Source: Octopus sinensis
Taxonomy: Eukaryota
Length of the DNA stretch: 10,395 bases
Direction of reading: 5' to 3'
Assembly (NCBI RefSeq): GCF_006345805.1
Contig: NW_021827467.1
Span: 1 to 10,395 of the forward strand
Positions 1-7,878 of this stretch are shown piece after piece (the first letter of the stretch is position 1; each line of letters starts with the position of its first letter). Both the position numbers and the translations under genes were made by a program. The notes below the pieces were generated by a model. That model made no database searches. It worked only from the letters and a program-made list of their open reading frames with translations, and was not told where the DNA came from.

Positions 1-43
1 TGTTTTATATGTTTTATATGTATAAATCTATCTATTTAGCTAT

Positions 44-119
44 CTACCTACCTACTAACTTACCTACCTTCCTACATACCTACCTACATACCTACCTACC
101 TACCTACCTACCTACCTAC
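44..119 (+). repeat. (TACC)n microsatellite, imperfect
   Basis: Tandem tacc/taca units read directly; source of the LPTY-repeat ORF 9..212. Confidence 0.95.
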
Positions 120-249
120 GTACGCATGTATTATATACGAATATTTATACGAATATTCATCATAATATATATATTTTACTATATAAACACACACATATAT
201 ATACTTGTATAAATATGTACATACATACACAAGTATTTATATTATGTAT

Positions 250-394
250 GTCTATATATATATATGTATATATGTATTATGTGTGTGTATATATTTATAT
301 ATAAGTATAAATATATATGCACATATATATACATACATACGTACATTTATATATATATATAGATAGATAGATAGATAGATATAGATATACATAC

Positions 395-425
<31 letters not shown>
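250..425. repeat. Compound (TA)n/(TACA)n/(GATA)n microsatellite
   Basis: Read directly; (TAG)n follows at about 481-510. Confidence 0.9.
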
Positions 426-426
<1 letters not shown>

Positions 427-1226
427 TCTATGATATATGGTACTATTTGAAGATGTATTGTGTTGTTTTGTAATTTTCGTTAGTAGTAGTAGTAGTATAG
501 GTAGTAGTAGGATTAGCACTATTAGTGGCATACTTTTTTGGTATACAGTGCAGATAAATTTTACTGGTATTTATATTTCTTTATTACATATTTCTTGTTG
601 TTCATAGATATCTATTGTTATTTCTCTTGTTGTTCCTGTGATTTCGAAATCAGTTACATTTTTTTCCTCCATTTTTCTAAATATCATATATATTCTTGTA
701 GTTTAAGGCAAAAGAAACAAATAAAAGATTTGTTCCAGGGAAAAATAATATCTCACAGTGACAGGAATGGAATAATGCAAATATTTAAAAGAAAAAAAAT
801 ACAGGACCCAATAAACCTGAAGACATGATATAATTTAGAAAAATCCAGGTGCATAAAAGGCAGAATGAGAAATAGAATGCAGAAGAAGTACTAAATAATG
901 GACGTTAACAATCGCGTTGCATCAGTGGTATGATTGCGTTATATTTCCGCATTTTATGAGCTGATCGCGGGAAATGAAAGAGTATGTGAATGGAGCTATT
1001 GGTCGTAAGTATTCATACGTATATTCGTATAAGTGTGCAAGCGGGAGGGAGCGAGGGAGAGAGTGAAGAAAAGAAAAAATAAACGGGCGAGAGAGAGTAG
1101 AAGAGGAAAGTGAGGCTTAATAATTACGGAGGGGTGTTTTTAAGTGGTATTTAGGAGGGGAAAAATATAAAAGATTTACTTGTTATTTTTAATTTCATGC
1201 TAGAAAAAGAGAACTAAAATGGATAT

Positions 1227-1625
1227 TTATGTATGCATGCCTGCATATAAATATATACATATGTGTGATTGAATATATGTATGTATATGTATATGTATAT
1301 GTATATTATATGTATATGTATACGTATGCACTCTTATAATGTGTGTGCTTTAGTACGCATCTTTTTATGCGCAGTCGTACATTTATCTTGACACATTAAT
1401 GTAATATGTAAATAGTTAAGCTTATGGAAGAAGACATATATATATATATACATCATTATATTTATATATATATATATATGAGTGTGTGTGTGGTATTTGT
1501 TTGTATATACAAATATACAGACACACACACACATGTATATTATATATATACGTATACATATTCATTAGTATATACAGAAACTCATGTATATATAAATATA
1601 TATATATATATTATATACACACACG
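1227..1625. repeat. Degenerate (TA)n/(TATATG)n/(CA)n/(TG)n low-complexity region
   Basis: Several interrupted di- and hexanucleotide tracts read directly. Confidence 0.85.
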
Positions 1626-1767
1626 CATATACTGACTTGAAAACGCAAAAATGCCTGCATATTCCGTATATAGTACATTTTCTACAATTACTGTGTCACA
1701 ATATAATAATACGTTTTCTGCAATAACTGTTTTACAAATAATAAACATTAGACATTCTATAGCAAGC

Positions 1768-1798
1768 ATGTATGTATGTATGTATGTATGTATGTATG

Positions 1799-1832
<34 letters not shown>

Positions 1833-1908
1833 TGTTGTATGTATATATGTATGTTTGTATACATATACATATATATAATGTATGTATGTAGTTATGTATA
1901 TATGTATG

Positions 1909-1962
<54 letters not shown>

Positions 1963-2005
1963 TATATATAGCTATATATATATATATATCTATAATATGT
2001 ATATA
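1768..2005. repeat. (TATG)n grading into (TA)n microsatellite
   Basis: Read directly; explains the MYVC and IYIY ORFs. Confidence 0.95.
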
Positions 2006-2287
2006 AGTGCAGCAAATTTTCGATCAGATGAATATGGTACTTATTTAAAGGCACCAAGAATTTTTGCATGCTATTGTCCATATAATCAAATGGGATGATT
2101 ATAATCAAAATAAGCAACGAGTATATCCATTGTAGAGTAGTACAATTGTTTCATGCTACTTCATTTTATTAAACACAGTAAGTATTGCATTAATTTTAAA
2201 ATGTCGAGCAATATTCAGGAGCCACTTATAGAATTTCCAATTAAACGGACAATGCACATTCTTATGCCTCTCTCTTATTCCTATTGG

Positions 2288-2288
<1 letters not shown>
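2006..2288 (-). mobile_element. Probable Penelope-like pLTR/retrozyme fragment between (TA)n tracts, with a degenerate hammerhead motif at 2141-2218
   Basis: Minus strand reads CTGAATA, then t-tgct...long AT-rich stem...agca-t, then GAAAC-AATT-GTA. Stem III is palindromic (ACAATTGT). Core G8 is mutated and stem I is unpaired. Bounded by (TA)n on both sides. Confidence 0.45.
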
Positions 2289-2364
<76 letters not shown>

Positions 2365-2396
2365 TATATATTTATATATATATATCTGTAGTATAT

Positions 2397-2432
<36 letters not shown>

Positions 2433-2449
2433 TATATATCTATTATATA
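2289..2449. repeat. (TA)n microsatellite
   Basis: Read directly. Confidence 0.97.
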
Positions 2450-2655
2450 TCAAAATCTGACTCGTGTGTACCATTAGCGATTTTTTCCCTCTGTCTCTCT
2501 TCTCTGGATCTTTCCTTCTCCTATGTTTCCAACGGAGAGCTCCGCTCGAAACGTTAAACCCTCCCTCTCTCCTTCTTTCCTGAGAATCCAATAATACTAT
2601 ATTTGTTCCACGTCCTCGCGTTGTTGTGTTATTTTGTTCTTTCTTGTTTGGATTA
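2450..2655 (+). mobile_element. Penelope-like pLTR/retrozyme fragment between (TA)n tracts, with a degenerate minimal hammerhead at 2525-2559
   Basis: gttt-CCAACGG-a-gagc-tcc-gctc-GAAAC-GTT-aaac. Stem I (gttt/aaac), stem II (gagc/gctc) and palindromic ACGT stem III are present, but the core differs from CTGANGA at 3 positions. Pyrimidine-rich flanks end directly in (TA)n. Confidence 0.55.
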
Positions 2656-3270
2656 TATATATATATATAACGGGAGAGAGATATAGAAAATAAAAGAGCA
2701 TAGTATAAACATTATTATTATTTTTTTTCCCTTTCGTTATCAGTAGCTTATTGCATATTCGTGGTATTTTCTCTTTGCAAAATGACTACTGAAGCACTCG
2801 GTATTTTCGCAAGTCCTCATCTGCACGTTCAGCACACCACGGCCAATGTCGTCTATTTCGAACATTATCTAATTATGACTTTTCTTACATTCTTTTTAAC
2901 TCATGTTAATGATTCGCTGAGACGGGGTAGAATGTCCTTGTAATGTCTAAAAGTTGATGAAGTAATCTTTTTAGTATACCACGTGACTTTTTATACATAA
3001 TATAACTTTGATGTCTCGCCTCTGTCTCCAGCCCCTCACAGCCATTAGCGCGTCTCTTGATCATCTTTCCAATATGGCGACTGTTACTTAACGTAATTGT
3101 CTAGCTTAATGAAACAATGGTACAAGAATGTAGCAGATAAAACATTATCGCTACATCACTTTCTCTAAATAACACCGTCAGTCGTTCTGAGTACATACCT
3201 TTGTAAATGCTATGCTGTACTGAAACACGTGCAACGCAGGATTAAATATCTACTTTTCTATTTTGAAATC

Positions 3271-3490
3271 CACGAGGGTTGCTGAAAAGTCCCTGTTTTT
3301 AAGAGTATCACGGAAGGCTTGAATTCAGGTCCAAAATTTCGAGATCTTTTTACAAGGATTAGAAAAGCTGAAAGACTACTGCAATAGCTGTGTGAATCAG
3401 AGAGAGATATAGGTTGAATAAAGGCATAATTAAAAGATCCTCCTGTATTATCTTTTACATAAAGCCAGCAACTTTATGCACGCCCTAGTA
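3271..3490 (+). mobile_element. Mariner-derived MITE (internally deleted Tc1/mariner element), decayed
   Basis: Imperfect ~30 bp TIRs: cacgagggttgctgaaaagtccctgttttt (3271-3300) versus the reverse complement of 3461-3490, tactagggcgtgcataaagttgctggcttt, with a TA end. 3344-3421 translates to IFLQGLEKLKDYCNSCVNQREI*VE*, matching the mariner transposase C-terminal pattern GIxKLxxRWxKCxxxxGxYVE. Confidence 0.8.
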
Positions 3491-3749
3491 GTTACTCTGA
3501 AAACAGAATTCACTCGAAATTTCAATGAAAAGCTCGCAGTTGCGAGCGACGTAATTTTGTTCCCGTTTTTGAAAAAAAGCTTTAAGTGAAGTTATGGCTT
3601 TTTCAGAGTTTTCGAATGGCTAACCTATGCCTTCTACTCTGCACTCAACTTAGTTTCAGCATACGGTCTCAGATTAAACATTAGAAAACAACGGCTTTGC
3701 AACTACATTTCCGTATTTATGTATTTCATTTCCTATATAAACGTTATTT

Positions 3750-4116
3750 GGAGACGCAATGGCCCAGTGGTTATGGCAGCGGACTCGCGGTCTTAGGATC
3801 GCGGTTTCGATTCCCAGACCGAGCGTTGTGAGTGTTAATTGAGCGAAAACACCTAAAGCTCCACGAGGCTCCGGCAGGGGATGGTGGTGATCCCTGCTGT
3901 ACTCTTTCACCACAACTTTCTCTCACTCTTACTTCCTCTTTCTGTTGTACTTGTATTTCAAAGGGCCGGCCTTGTCACTCTCTGTGTCACGCTGAATATC
4001 CCCGAGAACTACGTTAAGGGTACACGTGTTAATTTCACGAGCAGGCTGTTCCGTTGATCGGATCAACCGGAACTCTCATCGTCGTAATCGACGGAGTGCT
4101 AAAGAGAGAAGAAGCG
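3750..4116 (+). mobile_element. tRNA-derived SINE, family A, copy 1
   Basis: Pol III A box tggcccagtgg (3760-3770) and B box ggtttcgattccc (3803-3815). Colinear homolog at 6230-6609. GA/GAA-rich tail. Target-site duplication aaacgttattt (3739-3749) / aaaccttattt (4117-4127), 10/11 match. Confidence 0.93.
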
Positions 4117-4243
4117 AAACCTTATTTAAAATAATACATCTAAATACGTTGAATAGATTAATGAGAACTTAGAGATTTGCTTTACAAGGACACAACTTAT
4201 ATTATAGACCCTAACATGCAATATATGTATATATATATATATA

Positions 4244-4456
4244 TATTTCTTTATTAGCCACAAGGGGCTAAACATAGAGGGGACAAACGGATTAAGTCGA
4301 TTACATCGACCACAGTGCGTAACTGGTACTTATTTAATCGACCCCTTAAGGATGAAAGGCAAAGTCGACCTCGGCGGAAATTCAACTCAGAACGTAACGG
4401 CAGACGAAATACTGCTAAGCTTTCGCCTGCGGTGCTAACGATTCTGCCACTCGCCG

Positions 4457-4458
<2 letters not shown>
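4244..4458 (-). mobile_element. tRNA-derived SINE, family B, inserted in (TA)n
   Basis: Minus strand starts ggcggcgagtggcagaatcgttagc, with A box at 4449-4439 and degenerate B box gttgaatttcc at 4386-4376. Body includes gtcgactttgcctttcatcc...ggggtcgattaaataagtaccag. Ends agccccttgtggctAATAAAgaaata. (TA)n lies on both sides (4221-4245, 4460-4517). Confidence 0.88.
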
Positions 4459-4496
<38 letters not shown>

Positions 4497-4520
4497 TATA
4501 TATATAGATATATATATCCT

Positions 4521-4861
4521 GAAGTATATTTGCCAATAAAATCTGGCTAAACCCTAAGGGTGGATGCTACAGTAGCTGTAGCCCCAGGAGGACACCTCCT
4601 CAGCTGGCTATTGACACACTTTCTTTGACCTATCAGTATTTGCAAAGGGATGCCACCCCTTCCATCTCGAACCTGACATGATACACATGGTCTCGAGTTT
4701 CATACAGGTTGAAGATGGGAAGAATGGCTTCCCTTTGCAAATACTGATAGGGCACAGAAAGTGTGTTAATAGCCAGCTGGAGGAGGTGTCCTTCTAGGGC
4801 TACAAGTTACAGTAGCATTCACCCTTAGGGGTTAGCAATATTTTATTGGCAAATATACTTC
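4521..4861. repeat. Long inverted repeat / fold-back (MITE-like) element
   Basis: Arms 4521-4681 and 4700-4861 are reverse complements, roughly 85% identical by hand alignment, with an 18 nt spacer. Perfect 22 bp stretches at 4521-4542/4840-4861 and 4629-4650/4730-4751. Confidence 0.95.
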
Positions 4862-4901
4862 TCGATGTCGTGCAGCTACTGTTTATACCTTGCTCAGAGA
4901 T

Positions 4902-5020
4902 TTATTATTATTATTTATTATATATTATTATTATTATATATTATTTTATTATTATATTATTTTATTATTAATGTTATTATTATTATTATTATATTATTAT
5001 TATTATTATTATATTATTAT
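4902..5020. repeat. (TTA)n microsatellite, 3' flank of the R4/Dong fragment
   Basis: Read directly. Confidence 0.95.
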
Positions 5021-5648
5021 CATTGTCATTTACTTTTAATCTGCATGTTTGATGCAATCACTTGCCGGAGCACACCCAGCGCCTAGGGCAAGTGAAGGTT
5101 AAGAGTTGTTGAAATATAGCTGAAAGCTTGGGGAGGGGGAAGTAGGAATATCTCCATGTAATACAAACACAAAAATTTACATTTATAGGGTTTTTCTAAG
5201 GATGTGGGCAGTACTTGTTAGCACAATCTTTTGGATTTCCTTGAGACATGTTCTCCAGGGATATTGTCTAGGTGTTTCTGACATCCCTTTTTATCATACT
5301 AGGGCACCTACAATAACAGAACAGTTTTTGTTTTAAGATTCCACATCCTCTGTATTTCGATTTCAGGTCCTTATATTTACTAAGTTTGTCAAATTCTTGA
5401 CAGATACATTTTTATCAGTGGGGACGCTTACTTCTATTAGTCTGCAGGTTTTTCTTCCCTGTCTTTCACAATTATGTCTGGTCGATTAGCCTTGATCGTT
5501 CTGTCAGTGTTGACTGGAAAATCCCAGAGGATGGTGACATCTTTACCTTCAACAACTGGCTGAGGATGGTGTTCATACCAGTTAGCAGGAGTGTCGGATT
5601 TGTAGTGTTTACATATCTTCCAATGTATATACTGTCCTACCCTATCAT
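5021..5648 (-). mobile_element. 5'-truncated R4/Dong-clade non-LTR retrotransposon (restriction-like endonuclease domain plus 3' UTR)
   Basis: Manual minus-strand translation from about 5646 to 5186, correcting seven -1 frameshifts: DRVGQYIHWKICKHYKSDTPANWYEHHPQPVVEGKDVTILWDFPVNTDRTIKANRPDIIVKDREEKTCRLIEVSVPTDKNVSVKEFDKLSKYKDLEIEIQRMWNLKTKTVPVIVGALGMIKKGCQKHLDNIPGEPCLKEIQKIVLTSTAHILRKTL*. It carries the RLE motifs (RH)D..., ILWD, RPD, LIEV, K..KY..L and GALG. About 155 nt of 3' UTR runs into (TAA)n, and (TAA)n also flanks the 5' end. Confidence 0.9.
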
Positions 5649-5649
5649 T

Positions 5650-5729
<80 letters not shown>

Positions 5730-5735
5730 CATCAT

Positions 5736-5790
<55 letters not shown>
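5649..5790. repeat. (TTA)n followed by (TA)n microsatellite
   Basis: Read directly; source of the poly-Ile ORF 5566..5811. Confidence 0.95.
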
Positions 5791-5920
5791 TTATCTAAGA
5801 AAGAGAGATGACAAAGGAATGAATGATTATCTTATGTATTTCATTGGATACAGCTGTTTCAGCCATTAGATTCATTGGACTCATGCTTGGATACCTAACT
5901 AAGAGTCCATTGAATCTTAT
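5791..5920 (-). mobile_element. Probable truncated Penelope-like pLTR fragment with the 3' half of a hammerhead
   Basis: Minus strand ggct-GAAAC-AGCT-GTA-tcca (5864-5845) with palindromic ACAGCTGT. It is preceded by a 15 bp hairpin (5868-5882/5903-5917, 14/15 paired) where stem II would lie. No CTGANGA half found. Abuts (TA)n. Confidence 0.45.
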
Positions 5921-6229
5921 TGCAAAAACGACTGTAAGCTAATGAAGTTGAAAAGATAATTATTTATTCCTTTATCATCACTCTTTCTTTTACCGGACTC
6001 TCCTCATATACTGCATTAATATTCCTCGCACTTTCCCTTCCGTTTTTACCTTTATGGAATTCATAAAGCAAAGTTTGGCGAATATACTCCTTTTTCACTT
6101 CCATTATAGCTTTGAAAGCATGACTGTTAAAATCGAACCGCACTCTTCAAATCTTGCACTAAGAATAAGTACAAGGTAATATTACCACCTATTTTTATAG
6201 CAAGTTGATGACGGTACTGTACACGGTCC

Positions 6230-6609
6230 ATGGAGGCGCAATGGCCCAGTCGTTAGGGCAGTGGACTCGCGGTCGTAAGATCTCGGTTTCGATTCCCAGA
6301 CCGGGTGTTGTGAGTGTTTATTGAGCGAAAACACCTAAAGCTCCACGAAGCTCCGGCAGAGGATGGTGATGATCCCTGCTGTACTCTTTCACCACAATTT
6401 TCTCGCACTCTTTCTTCCTGTTGTACCTCTATTTCAAAGGGCCGGCCTTGTCGCTCACTGTGTCACGCTGAATATCCCGAGAACTACGTTAAGGGTACAC
6501 GTGTCTGTGGAGTGCTCAGCCACTTACATGTTAATTTCCCGAGCAGGCTGTTCCGTTGGTCGGATCAACCGGAACCCTCATCGTCGTAACCGACGGAGTG
6601 CTTCCACAC
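6230..6609 (+). mobile_element. tRNA-derived SINE, family A, copy 2
   Basis: A box tggcccagtcg (6242-6252) and B box ggtttcgattccc (6285-6297). Homologous to 3750-4100. Perfect 9 bp target-site duplication acacggtcc at 6221-6229 and 6610-6618. Confidence 0.93.
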
Positions 6610-7101
6610 ACACGGTCCCTTCTGACATTTAGTTCATGGAACTGAAAAAAACCCACATTATTTATGGCATGACAAATTAATAACTGAAACACATTAATTA
6701 ATGAAGTTATCTCCCATTTTCAGTGAGTCACAAACTACGATCGTTGGGACACTGTATTCTTCCATTATCTCAGGTATTTCGATTAATAGTAAATTTATTA
6801 TGTACGCCATTCGTAAAATATTACTATTTAAATTTATGATATTAAATCCAGAAGAATTATTCCACTAAGCTCATTATATTTTAATTAGTGGAATAAATTT
6901 TCATAGCGGGATATATATTTGATTGTTAATGTCGAGTTAATTAATTTATAGACAAATTTATGTAAATAGTATTAATGGTATTGGGTATTTTGCCGAAGAG
7001 CTGGTGCCTTGTTTTATCTACGGAGGGTAGAGAGATTTATGGTGGGTGCTAGTCATGGAGGAGACTTTAATATTGCTATTTAGATTACTGATTGGAAGAA
7101 T

Positions 7102-7355
7102 GAGAGAGAGAGAGAGAGAGAGAGAGAGGAGGAAGAGAGAGATATATAGATATATGTATATACAAGAGAAGGAAATATACACGGTCTGATTTCTTCTCCC
7201 TCTCTCTCTCCTTTCTCTCTCTATCTATCTATCTGTGTATCTGTGGTTGTCTCTGTCTCTACGTTCCTTTCTATCTGTCTGTCTGGCTGTCCGCTTGTCT
7301 CTCTGCCTGTCTGTCTGTCTATATGTCTGTCTGTCTATTTATCTCTCTGCCTCTA

Positions 7356-7398
<43 letters not shown>

Positions 7399-7436
7399 TA
7401 ATCGTTTATCTATCAATCTATCAATCTGTCTGTCTA

Positions 7437-7509
<73 letters not shown>

Positions 7510-7593
7510 ATATCTATCAATGTTCATCTTTGTCTTGGTTTGTCTGTCTGTTTGTCCCTCTGTGTCCATCACTCCTTCTCTCACACTGTTTAT

Positions 7594-7668
<75 letters not shown>

Positions 7669-7705
7669 CTATCTAACTCTCTTCTATCTATAATATATAT
7701 ATATA

Positions 7706-7741
<36 letters not shown>
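7102..7741. repeat. Compound (GA)n, (TC)n, (TCTG)n/(TCTA)n and (TA)n microsatellite block
   Basis: Read directly; source of the SIYL and SVCL ORFs. Confidence 0.95.
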
Positions 7742-7744
<3 letters not shown>

Positions 7745-7810
7745 TCCGATGTTACATATATCGGACGGGTATGTTTGATTCTTAGTATTTTCAAATCTAA
7801 ATCAGAAGAA

Positions 7811-7878
7811 ATCTCTGAGCTGATGAAGGAAAAGTGGCGTTTAACGCACGAATCCAGAAACAGGCTGTCCTCGGGTAT
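7811..7878 (+). ncRNA. Putative type I hammerhead ribozyme (Penelope/retrozyme-like)
   Basis: Stem I atctctgag (7811-7819) / ctcgggtat (7870-7878). Core CTGATGA (7820-7826). Stem II gga...gt-g-gcgt-tta-acgc-ac...tcc (7828-7855). GAAA (7857-7860). Stem III acag-g-ctgt. GTC triplet at 7867-7869, with predicted cut after C7869. Confidence 0.72.

Noticed and set aside
538-828. 96 aa ORF in non-microsatellite sequence
   Set aside because: Non-ATG start in a eukaryotic context, a T-rich then A-rich compositional bias, and no recognisable domain.
961-1010. Possible micro-exon ending at a gtaagt donor (1005-1010)
   Set aside because: The acceptor is weak, the peptide is unrecognisable and there are no supporting neighbouring exons; RNA-seq would be needed.
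3750-3825. Possible genuine tRNA gene (also 6232-6306)
   Set aside because: A and B boxes are present, but the acceptor and anticodon stems pair poorly, there is no poly-T terminator, and the sequence continues into a shared ~300 bp body with TSDs. This is a SINE head.
4744-4768. ctgatag-ggcaca-gaaa in the palindrome arm as a hammerhead core
   Set aside because: The core is CTGATAG rather than CTGANGA, and no stem II or local stem III forms.
4892-4901. 10-mer whose reverse complement (atctctgagc) matches 7811-7820
   Set aside because: The match does not extend on either side and is compatible with chance.
3832-6632. Paralogous-looking ORFs M(L/F)IERKHLKLHEAPA... (3832..4017, 6314..6589) and overlapping ORFs
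   Set aside because: They lie inside the two SINE copies; the similarity reflects the repeat, and indels between the copies break the frame downstream.
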